DNA of 64,000 nt from Owenia fusiformis (lineage: Eukaryota). Positions 26,901-38,002 of this stretch are shown here, in pieces. Position 1 is the first letter of the stretch. Each line of letters opens with the position of its first letter. Where the stretch lies: assembly GCA_903813345.2 (NCBI GenBank), contig CAIIXF020000001.1:20708001-20772000 (forward strand), given 5' to 3'. Made by a program: the position numbers and the translations under genes. Under the pieces are notes generated by a model, which was not told the DNA's origin, did not search any database, and worked only from the letters and a program-made list of their open reading frames with translations.

Positions 26901-29229
26901 ATGGTGGTCTGAAATGAACTTTGTAAGGCTCAGTGATCTCTATGATCTCAATTACATGATAACACTGTGATGTAAGTGTTATACACTTCAGTGTTGGTCT
27001 TTTCTGTTTTACTGCAGAGTTAGTTTACTTGTTCCGGAGGCTTTTACATGGTCACCTATACTGATGGGGCTAATTTAACACTGTGCTACAACCTTGTAGC
27101 CAACCAGCCATATTTATTGCTAAAACATTCATAAACTTGGCATCATTTAAATTATACCTTTTAAGGATGGAGTTATCAGTTTTGCATTATAGGAAATAAA
27201 ATTCAGTTTGCAAGACCATGTACATATTGCCATTATAAAGGAGAAGAATAGGCTGCAAATTTAGAAATAAACAAAGCAATTTAGATTCTTGTAGTATCAT
27301 AAAACGATCAGTCCCATCACTTATTATCTTCCAATGGAGAAGTCAGGTACACTCTCCTCCATAAGTTTGAAAATCAAAATTCATTTATTAAATTATTATA
27401 TTAACTTAGATCTTCAACTTTCCAGGGATACTTTGGAAACTGAATATTGATAGATAAAGATGTTACTGGTTTGTTATTCCGTATAGTTAATCCTGTTATG
27501 TCAGTTAATCTCCATACTGACAGGCCTAATCCCTTATCTTTTAGATCATATGTAAAAACTATGGTTCACTGGTCCTATTTGACACATGGTCCCATCTCCA
27601 ACACTACATGTGAGAACTTCAAATGGTAATCCAATAAAAATATTATTATCCCACTGGACAAAGTTTGCCGTTTTTCAGTTAAAAAGGAGATTATTCCAGG
27701 GTGCGATTTTGAAATATATAATGAGATAAAATGAAAAATGACAGTAGCACTGTAACTTCTAAGTAATGCAATTTATCAACTAGAAATCCTACTTGCATAA
27801 CATTAGTCAGTCCATCAAGGCCTCGATTGGGGAATAAATGAAGAATTGATAAATAAACTGTCTCCTAATTTTTTGTCTCTCATCTCACTATATCTCCATT
27901 TATATTTATATCCACCTCTTTTGTTAGAATCTATTGAAATTACAGAAAACTAAAACTAATAAAAGAGTATTAGAAAAAAATTCCAATGATTTTTATTCTA
28001 GCTCAACTATCCTTTTCACCATGGACTTACAAGAAATCAGTGGTTTTAGCTCAAACAAGAATTATTTTGGTCAAAAGAAGTCTTGTGGTAAGGTACTCAT
28101 TCATTTACCAATATGATTTTTATCAATTCAGTAAAAAGGAAACTGTGATGAAGTCATTTATCACTCGTTCGTCTGGGTATATGTGTCAATCATCAAAACA
28201 GCCAGGTTTCCTTGGGTTCATATACTATGGAGGATGATGGAGAGTAAATGACATTTTGGCATCAGGGGATAATACCTCTGGTGCTTGTTTCAAGGTGTCA
28301 TTTGACAGTAAAAGTATGACTGATGATTGCAAAGTACTTAGTACTACTTAGCAAGTGGCCAAATTCCAAATGAAATCGACAGCAAAGGAGAGATCCAATA
28401 CCAAATACAGCTGGTTTATATTGTTCTTAGTTTTTTTGTATTTTTAAAATGGTTACAAGTAGTACAAGTACATGTACTATTGTTCAGGTACATCGATACG
28501 AAAATTGTTTTTTGCTTTGTACAGTCATCTTTCAGTGTTGTTCATCAATTGACTGTACACTACTTACACTGTTTATATATAAAGTTATATATTTGTCTGG
28601 GTGAAAAGTCTATCCAGATAGGTGAAAGGTACTTAATAAAAAAGAAACACGTACTTGAAAATGTTTTTGTTAAGTTGCATAGAGTTACAAAAGTTAGAGA
28701 AAAATAGTTTTTAAAGCCGGTTGACTGTTCATTGCAGTATTACAAAGGATGGGTCAAGAAAGTCAAATTGAAGTGATTTGTCAGTCGTATAATTCTAAAA
28801 TCAACTCAATAAAAAAACAATCATTTTATACTTTTTATGATGCAAAAGTATTCAACAACTATAAACGAAGTGTAATGTGTTTTAAAAGTATGCTATATAT
28901 GGATGAAATGCGGTTGACATCGAATTGTAAAAAAAACGATCTTAAGTCTTGTTACGTTTTGCAATAAAGGAATCACGTAAACAGGTACATAACTTGCACC
29001 GAATGAACTAGGGTTTTGAATATGTGGCATAAATAACTGCAGTGTTTCTATGGACTTTTTAAATATAAGTTCACTTGTATATATTTCATGAAGGTTTTGA
29101 AAGCAAATTACAATCAAATATATTTTAAGGCTGCGATGTTGTTCACAGCGGTAGGTCTGGAAATTGACAAAAGTGACAAAACGTTATATTGAAATTCATT
29201 TCCTATATGTTTGAAAGAATTTTTTATCT

Positions 29230-29285
29230 CAGACCCGTAGCCAGGGAGGTTAGAGGGGTTTGAGCAAACCCCTCTTGAACCCATC
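29230..29285. mobile_element. Truncated terminus of the CAGGCCCGTAGCC MITE family
   Basis: CAGACCCGTAGCCAGGGAGGTT...AAACCCC resembles the left end of the 47271 copy. No matching right end was seen. Confidence 0.5.
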
Positions 29286-29855
29286 TTGGATTTCCAAGGT
29301 ATGATGTGTTCATATGTATGATGTGTGATTGAAAATCAAACTGGAAAACGAGTATGTCTTGAGCCTGTGTCTGCCCATCCATATTGGAGTGTCTTCTTCG
29401 AAAAAAATATGCAGTATATAACCATAATCCATGGGAAATTTTTGAGTACATCTGATACAGAGCTGTCAAGTGTCCCGCGAATGGCGGGATTATCCCGCGA
29501 ATTTGATCAAAATTAGGCTAATTCGCGCGTCCCGCGAAGTCCCGCAAATGTGGCTTTGACCTCCGCGAATTTCCGAAATTGTTGCAATCCCCTATATTGT
29601 GATTATCTTATCTTATATAAGAAGCTAAGTTTTGCACTTTTGAGGAGTGAAGTTTACCTAATTTTAGTACCTAGCATGGTGTTTGGTATCAAAATAAAGA
29701 GGAATGTTCAACTTTCATTTTAATTACGAAAATGGGGATGTAGGTCACAAATAGTTCCAACGTTGGCCTTTTTACTGCCCTTGTGGCCTTCATCTCAGAA
29801 CTGAGCAAATGTTAGCAAACGCGAGTTACAATAAATGGACGCTGATATCTAGAAA

Positions 29856-30732
29856 GAGTTTGTAGAAAAAAACGGGTACCGGGTATTAAATCCTCCACGC
29901 TGGGTTCAAACCTGGTACCCGGTACCCAGTGAAAAAAACAGGTACCCAAAAACGAAAAATACGAATATATTATATAACATAATTAGATTATGAGAAAACG
30001 TGTAAGATTTGTTTTGAATTTACAAAAATGTACGTAAACATCCTTCAAAATTGAGCTAGAAGCTTCAAATAAAAAGCATTTTAAGGCTCTTTCTTCCTCC
30101 ATCATCATGGTCATATTTTCATTGGTTATGGGGGGGGGGTGCGATCGCACCATCGCAGCCTCTCCTGGCTACGCCTATGACATTGTAAGACATAACAATT
30201 TACAATTCAGTGGACATTTTGTCGAAAATTGGGATAACTTAAATTATGATTAATCAAAATCTTACACGTTGCATCATGTAAATTAACACACGTCACCTTA
30301 TTGCTAAAGCAACGATAGCTATTTACAGATTTAAATCATAATCAAAACAATTCATGTACCAACATACGAAATATTGAAAATAGAGTAAGATTGATTTGTC
30401 TTGTTTTTCAAATCGTCTTACAATGTCATTGGCGTAGCCAGGAGGGGGTGCGATCGAACCCCCCCTTCATTACCAATGGAAATATGACCATAATGATAGA
30501 GGAAGAAAAGAGCTTTAAAATGCTTTTTATTTGAAGCTTCTAGCTCAATTTTGAAGGAAGTTACATACATTTTTGTAAACTCAAAACAAATCTTACACGT
30601 TTTCTAATGATCTAATTACGTTGTATATTCGTATATTTCGTTTTTTGGGTACCCGGTTTTTTCGACCGGGTACCAAGTTTGAACCCAGCATGGAGGATTT
30701 ACTATCCGGTACCCGGTTTTTTCTACAAACCC
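29856..30732. mobile_element. Foldback/MITE with ~330-bp inverted arms, nested
   Basis: Ends GAGTTTGTAGAAAAAAACGGGTACCGG / CCGGTACCCGGTTTTTTCTACAAACCC. Arms align to ~30191 and ~30415. TATCTAGAAA is directly repeated at 29846-29855 and 30733-30742. Confidence 0.9.
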
Positions 30733-30791
30733 TATCTAGAAAAGTAACCTCATTCCCTATAATTTGATGTAGATTAATCGAACCCCTATAT

Positions 30792-30817
30792 CATGGGCTT
30801 TCAATTGAAAGCCCATG
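30792..30817. other. Perfect 26-bp palindrome, possibly the terminal hairpin of a decayed minus-strand HINE-like fragment
   Basis: CATGGGCTTTCAA|TTGAAAGCCCATG. The palindrome is certain; the interpretation is inference. Confidence 0.6.
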
Positions 30818-30967
30818 CCTACATGATAGGTACATTTTAAAATATAACATTATGGGGGTAAGCGTTTCATAGCTGGTCACAACGCCAGAAGTGCAAGAAT
30901 ATTGTTCCGAATTTTTGAATTTCGTGTTAGATTACGGTACTCACACCTGAAGCATGGTTTTTTTTTT

Positions 30968-32141
30968 ATGTCACCACCAAAAGTGGTGACATATTGTTAT
31001 GGTCTCCGTTTTTTTTGTGACGGCGGTTGGTGGTTGGAGGTTGGCGTCCGGCGTCTGTAACAATTTCTTACAACTTCCTATAACTTTACAAATACTGTTT
31101 AGACTGACTTCAATTTTTTTCTAAATCATCTACATGTTCTCAGAAGTTCAAATCTGACTTTAGATTTGACATTTGACCTTCAATGACCTTCTCAAGGTCA
31201 AAAAGGTCTTTTTTCAACTTGCTTCACATTGACTAAATTTTTTTCAAAATCATCTACATGTTCTCAGAAATTCAAATCTGACTTTAGATTTGACTTTAGA
31301 TTTGACATTTGACCTTCAAATCTGACTTTAGATTTGACATTTGACCTTCAATGACCTTCTCAAGGTCAAAAAAGGTCAAAAAGGTCTGTTTCAACTTGCT
31401 TCAAATTGACTAAATTTTTTTTTCAAAATCATCTACGTGTTCTCAGAAATTCAAATCTGACTTAAGATTTGACTTAAGATTTGACATTTGACCTTCAATG
31501 ACCTTCTCAAGGTCAAAAAAGGTCAAAAAGGTCTGTTTTCAACTTGCTTCAAATTGACTAAATTTTTTTTTCAAAATCATCTACGTGTTCTCAGAAATTC
31601 AAATCTGACTTTAGATTTGACTTTAGATTTGACATTTGACCTTCAATGACCTTCTCAAAGTCAAAAAAGGTCAAAAAGGTCTTTTTTCAACTTGCTTCAA
31701 ATTGACTAAATTTTTTTTCAAAATCATCTACATGTTCTCAGAAATTCAAATCTGACTTTAGATTTGACATTTGACCTTCAATGACCTTCTCAATGTCAAA
31801 AAAGGTCAAAAAGGTATTTTTTCATCTTGCTTCAAATTGACTAAAAAATTTTTTCAAAATCATCTACATGTTCTCAGAAATTCAAATATGACTTTAGATT
31901 TGACATTTTACCTTCAATGACCTTCTCAAGGTCAAAAAGGTCTTTTTTCAACTTGCTTCAAATTGACTAATTTTTTTTTTCAAAATCATCTACATGTTCT
32001 CAGAAATTCAAATCTGACTCTAGATTTGACATTTCACCTTTAATGACCTTCTCAAGGTCAAAAAAGGTCAAAAAGGTCTGTTTTCAACTTGCTTCAAATT
32101 GACCTTTAGGTGGTGACATTTTGTCATGTTAATGCCTTGTT
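30968..32141 (+). mobile_element. HINE-like element, family B, copy 2, nested in the 29458-32640 element
   Basis: Same 5' hairpin, microsatellite, tandem units (about 8) and 3' end (AGGTGGTGACATTTTGTCATGTTAATGCCTTGTT) as 13115-14943. Inserted after a poly-T run. Confidence 0.9.
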
Positions 32142-33542
32142 GATAAATTACAATAAAGTTTAATAATATTCCTATACGTATTTTGTGAAATTGTGTTGAC
32201 GTTTTTTTAAGTTACAATGTAACGGTGCATTATATTTGATTAATCAGTATCTGAAAGTTTGATTTAAGTACTTTTACACGCTAGTCCCAATCACGCAAAT
32301 CCCTTGAATGTCCCGGGACATCCTGCAGATTTAGGTGGATGTCCCGCGAAATCCCGCAAATTTACGGCACTTTGTCTAAAAAATCTGTCCCTCTATGAAG
32401 TTTTTGGCGGTAAACCTGTTAACTGTTCCGCAATTAGGGTGTTTGTCCCTCGAATGGTCCCGCGAAATCCCGCGAATTTGATAAAAAAAAATTTGGCCTA
32501 TTAGCGCAATCACGCAAATCCCTTAAATGTCCCGCGAAATCCCGCGAATTTAGTAGATGTCCCGCAAAATCCCGCGTATTTTGGGCACTGGGTCTAAAAA
32601 GTCTGTCCCGCGAGAAAATCTTTAGGGGTTGACAGTACTGTGATATGACAATAACAGTTCACATGTGCGATGTATCTATTTTATGACATTACATGATATG
32701 GTGAATATTGCCCTAGGGTATCTTACGTATAGTTAAGTTCATCTGGATCACAGTTATAGCTATAAATGATGATAAAATAATTAGCCTAGCTTACATTTTT
32801 GTGTAGGTACATGGTATAGAAGAAGAGCTGGATACTTGTAATCTGCTTAATCTCATTGATGATGGAGTCTGATAGGGAAAATGAAAATGCCAAGAAAATG
32901 TCAAATTGTTTATTTTAGAAAATATCTAATTTGTCTACAGTGACAAAGATCTTAATGAAAGATTTATTATACTTCATACAGCTTTATAAAGATATGAAAT
33001 TGCTCATTGACTTACTGGGCTATTGAATGCTAAAGATAGTACATGTAGTATTAATTAAAGGGTGGAGCTTTCTCTCTCCTACCCTTAGGTCCTTAGATAA
33101 GAGAGCCAGTCAAAATACAAACAAACTGGTATTGATAGCTGCATTCTTTCATTGCTTATGTTGAAAGGATCACTGCAACCTATGTGAATGTCCCCCACAA
33201 TGGAATGCAAGGTTGGCATGACTGAAGCAAGGACAGACCGAGGAAAGACCAAGGAAATAGAAGAAATCCAGATATGGGACATGAACAGGCAAAAACCATG
33301 CACTATTAAAATGGATTTTCGATGAGTTTTGAATAAATGAAAATTCAAATTCATAGAGAGTTTGAACTTGTTTCACTTTGGGAAGGTGAACTACAGTGGT
33401 ATTATAAAGCAAGATAATGTCACTTGTAGGTGTAAGAGCAAGCAAATAAATAAAGCAGAGACATAGGAATGTTCTCTTACTCAATGTCAGAATGTCCCAT
33501 ACCAAGGCTGTGTTGAATGACAAGTTATTGTTGTTGTTCATT

Positions 33543-33934
33543 TGTTATTGAAACACTTGTAAAGAACATATCACAAATAGGTCTTTGATACTTTTGTTCA
33601 GGCCCTAGATAATGGTGAATGCAGATTGAAAATGAATTCATACTGAGTGTCCCACCCCTATTCCCTCCTTAAAACAGCTGACAAATAAACATTGGGGGAG
33701 AGGAGTATCTTTGAACAGAAGTGTGCTGTAAGACCAGTTCTGATTATGTTGCTTAAAATATACACAAAAGTGGGAAAATAGTAATTAACAGGTTGAATAT
33801 ATATGCAATGTTGATGTGGAAAAGCCAGTCGGTCATGTAGCTCAGTGGTAGAGCACATGCCCGGATAAGTGAGGGGGTCGTGGGTTCGATCCCCACCGGG
33901 GTGGACTGACTTTTTCACATCAACCCTTAGCACA
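33543..33934 (+). mobile_element. Possible solo LTR-like or SINE-like repeat carrying the tRNA-like sequence
   Basis: Candidate TGT...ACA boundaries (TGTTATTG ... CTTAGCACA), a TATA-like AATATATATG just upstream of the tRNA-like part, and a 21-bp IR around it. No convincing TSD; the left boundary is uncertain. Confidence 0.35.
33831..33903 (+). pseudogene. tRNA-derived sequence with intact Pol III A and B boxes, not a functional tRNA
   Basis: A box TAGCTCAGTGGTAGAGC and B box GGTTCGATCCC with T-arm GTGGG/CCCAC. The acceptor and anticodon stems do not pair properly. Confidence 0.8.
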
Positions 33935-34037
33935 GGATTTCATTCTGTGTTTTCATTCACTGAATCAATCTTACTCTCTGCCTATATACTTGCTGCATTG
34001 GTTCAATAATTTGTTTTTTATTGTTTCGTGTTTGCAG

Positions 34038-34109
34038 GCACCCTTTTGGAATCAGCTGGATTCTTGGCAATATTTGCGATATATGTGCTTTTTATTGTGA
34101 GATCATAAT
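34038..34109 (+). other. Candidate 72-nt internal exon (UTR or coding)
   Basis: T-rich tract plus TTTGCAG acceptor and AAT|GTAAGC donor. Open in phase 2 (HPFGISWILGNICDICAFYCEII); phase 1 gives a hydrophobic tail ending in a stop (TLLESAGFLAIFAIYVLFIVRS*). Confidence 0.35.
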
Positions 34110-37100
34110 GTAAGCACCTATTGAGAAAACCTACTTAGAAATTGATAGATTTTTTTCTATAGCCCAGAAATACTTCACAATTATTACAAGTGAAAAAATC
34201 TGGATTTTCACTCTGGACACAAAGGAAGTTTATATTATAGTGTTCATGCACGTAGTTTATAAATTACATACGTTACAGCACAATCTATTATAGCACTTGA
34301 GACTTTTCTTTTTGTTATAGCTCTTTACGAGTTGATGTTTGGCAAATTACAGACAGATTTTCCTTTTCACATTTATGAGTTGCTGACCCAATGATTGGAA
34401 TTATAGGTGGTTCATTCTTCATTTGTCCAGTGGTGTGTATTCATGTGGATAAGATAATGGCGTGATATATGGTCATGAGTGTTTATTATAGCATATCAAC
34501 ATTTATGTCTCTCTTGACAGTCTTCAAACAGGCAACATGAGCATTTTCAGACATTTTATATTTCATTATTTTTAGTTGGCTTGAATACAAATTGACTGTC
34601 ACAGATATCATTGATAATTTCGATATAGCATGACAGAGGTAGATGGCAAATTATTTTTTCTAATTTCTCATCATGTATCAATAATAGAAGGCCTTCTAGA
34701 TCAGCAATCTCAACATTGTTAATGTACAATAGAAGCACTTCTACCCCTCCCCTCATTTGGCCTAGAATGACCCCCCAGATTATCATAGCGTGTGCAGGGA
34801 TGTGGTCGTGTGTCAACTCTGACCCTATTGTCTCTGACAAGGGACAGGTGGCTCAGAAGTAGACCTACTGTCCAGTTTCTAATTTCTTCCGCCTGCTTAT
34901 CTTTGAAATATTAATTGATTCTGTTAAATAGTCGTAAATCACAGGTATGGTATCTGGACACCCTGACCCGTATGCCCTCCCAAGTACCTCTAATTCGTCT
35001 TGTCACACTATGTTCATTTGGCTTTTTAATATTTAAGGGGACATAACAAAATATTATTTCTTAAAATTAATATTATACAGTAATCATTAGAAATAAGAAA
35101 TGGTCAAATTGATGAATTAGATGAAATACTTCAAAATATAACAACTATTAAAATCAATATAAACAATTTAAAAGCTATTCATGAATTATAGAATATATGT
35201 GCTCATCACAATATAATGACTGATATGACTCAAAAAATATTTAACAGACTGATCTACCATTCTCCAAATACAAAGATTTTGAAAGAAGTTCTATAGCATA
35301 TGTATATGTTTTACCATATTTTATAAATGACATTTCAGTTTTAGGTCTAAAAACATAATATATTGACTCTAATCTGTCTAAAGGTTCTTGCTATCATTTG
35401 TTGTTACTGTCTACAATGAGAAAAACAAAGGGTAACATTGGAAGCACAAAACAATGCAAACCCCTATAAATCATCTCAAGATCAATATTAAACCAATATG
35501 AAACAATACTCTACTGAATAATCAATTGATTACAATGTTCTACGTTTATAATTGTCAGTTGGAGAGACCCTAGCTTCCAATGTTACATGTCGGAGCATTA
35601 AGTGATTGAAAACAGATCAAGTATGATTCAAGTATAGATTATAGGAGAAAGACTAATTGAATAAAGTGAGAGGGCCCAAGCGGAAAATCAATGGATAAAC
35701 ATGGTTATCGGCCAAAACCCACATTTCCTCTACTTAGCAACTTTGGACTCTGTTACATTATAACAGGATATGTCCAGGAACTCATAGATCTTCTTAGATC
35801 ACTCCCCCATAATGTTTGGTGTTGTGTCTTCCTGTATTTTTGACTTGCTTTCATGTAATGGAATACTACATTCTTTATATATATGTTATCATAATTATTG
35901 AAGCCATGAGTATGATGCGGTTGACATATTAATTAGGAATATTTTTTTATTATAACATTGTAATAATATGATAAAAAATTCCCTTTTATGGTCTGATTGA
36001 AAGTCTATAAAAACATAATAACAGCTAAATATGAAATCAAAATTGATAATATTACACCATGTTTTTTTCTTAAAAGATCTCAACATTTAAATTTAGCAGG
36101 GGAGGAGTCAATACATTTAATGTACATTTTTAATGAAGATGGTCATTCAAATTAGAGTAGGTGTACTTTAAATGTAAACATCAAAAGATTGGAATTGAAT
36201 TCTGTAATAAACAAAATTATGATGTTCTTGGATTGGAGAATTATTTATTTCAGGGATTTCAGATGATTTAGACCCCTGGCATGTTTATTACTTATATCTC
36301 TGACAAATTTTCATAATTTATAACCTGAAAGTTGGAAAGTTACCATGGCCATACTTGAGAACTTATATTGTTGTTGATTTGCCTAGTGCCTCCACTTATA
36401 AGATATATACTCATATCATATTGCTAGAGTGCTGAAACATTTCTACTTATTATGACCAGTTATCTTAATTGTGTGGCAATAAAGCAAAACAGCCCATTCT
36501 GGGGTGAGATATGGGCTGTGGGATCTAAATTCCTATGGGTCACCTTTTTCAAATGTCTGGCTGTTCACAAGTTTTAGATGTCTAGAAAATGAAAACTTTC
36601 ATGCAGAATTAGTCACTTATTCCTATGGGAGCAAATGTGGAGAAACTGAATGAGGGTCCATAATTTTATAACATTAAAGGTAGTTTTACAATTCATGTGG
36701 GGTCTTAGATTCTTTACCTTGCAAGCATATTCATTTGAAATGTTTTACTACAATGACCTTGAATGTTGAGTGTCCGACCTTCGAATTTAAAACAAAATAA
36801 AGACTATAAATGTCTACTTTTTACATAAGTCAAGTCACTTCAAACACACTGTGAACATTTAGAGGCATTCGGCCCTCTGGGCTTTCATCAGACAGTTACT
36901 TTTTTAAAAAGGATCCATTATATCTTTTACATGTATGTACATCTAGCTCTTCTTAATAATATCATGACATGATAAAAAATGGAGAGTATAACAGTCTTAA
37001 CAACTGCATGTAATTATATTGCATTTATACAATACCACTACATGTATATTATTTATCTGAATATATTACTGTATATATAATTAGATGAAATTTTGCCTAA

Positions 37101-37775
37101 ATTTTCATTTGCCTGATAAAGCAGAAATCATGAATGTCACTACAACAGATATAAGAAGATATTAACATTGTCTTTAGGCATACATTAGCCTACATGTACA
37201 TGTAGTTAGATACCTTTGTAATCTTACTTAACAAAGGGCACTTCAGGCATTTTTTCGAAATACATAATAGAGTAGACTGAAATATTGTAAAATCATGAGA
37301 ATTAGAGTTGGTCAGCATTAAGGTAAATCTTTAAATTGTGTAGTTTTGATTCAAATCAAGAGAAAAATGATAGGAAATTAGTCATGCTTCACAACTGTGT
37401 AGTGTGTACCCCCCCCACATACTATGTACTTCACCTTGACCAACACAACACACTGGTGAAGCAATAGCAATTTGTTCTTAAGCAATACTAATGGGAATTG
37501 AACATAACAAAAGCTACATGACATGACAGAAGACACATGTAATGGTATATTTTTAACTGACATCTGTTGATTGTTACATACATGATCAGGTTAATCCTGT
37601 CACAATTACATATGTTTATCTAATTGATCAACAACAGCTTTCATTTGCAACTTATATTGATTAAGATGATGAGGTCAACAAACTGGAAACTTTAAAAGCA
37701 TCTTCTACCATGATACCCCCCCCCCTGAGTTTATCACTACCCTCTGAGAAAACTGATCAGTCATTTCGCACTTTA

Positions 37776-38002
37776 GCTTTCCTGTGATAGATTGCTCATT
37801 TTGTATTTAAAGCCTTCCTGTTAAAGATCGATCATTTTGTATTAAAAGGCCTTCCTGTTAAAGATTGGTCATTTTGTATTTAAAACCTTCCTGTGAAAGA
37901 TCGATCATTTTGTATTTAAAGCCTTGCTGTTAAAGATCGGTCATTTTGCCGCGATTTAAAGCCTCCCTGTTAAAGATTGGTCATTTTGTATTAAAAGCCT
38001 TC
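37776..38002. repeat. Minisatellite, ~36-bp unit x6
   Basis: GCCTTCCTGTTAAAGAT(C/T)G(A/G)TCATTTTGTATTTAAA repeated head to tail. Confidence 0.95.

Larger units (their letters stand above)
29458..32640. mobile_element. Non-autonomous CAG...CTG DNA transposon with TCCCGCGAA subterminal repeats, hosting nested insertions
   Basis: TIR CAGAGCTGTCAA / TTGACAGTACTG (10/12). TGATA lies immediately outside both ends. Dense (G/A)TCCCGC(G/A)AA repeats occur only at 29470-29580 and 32285-32615. Confidence 0.8.

Noticed and set aside
26795-26968. 57-aa ORF with a hydrophobic stretch between splice-like signals
   Set aside because: Acceptor and donor combinations do not give a consistent open exon, and hydrophobic ORFs are expected by chance in T-rich DNA.
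33831-33903. Functional tRNA gene
   Set aside because: Acceptor and anticodon stems do not pair and no anticodon can be assigned; kept only as a tRNA-derived sequence.
37776-38002. 36-bp repeats as a CRISPR array
   Set aside because: Head-to-tail units with no spacers; an ordinary minisatellite.
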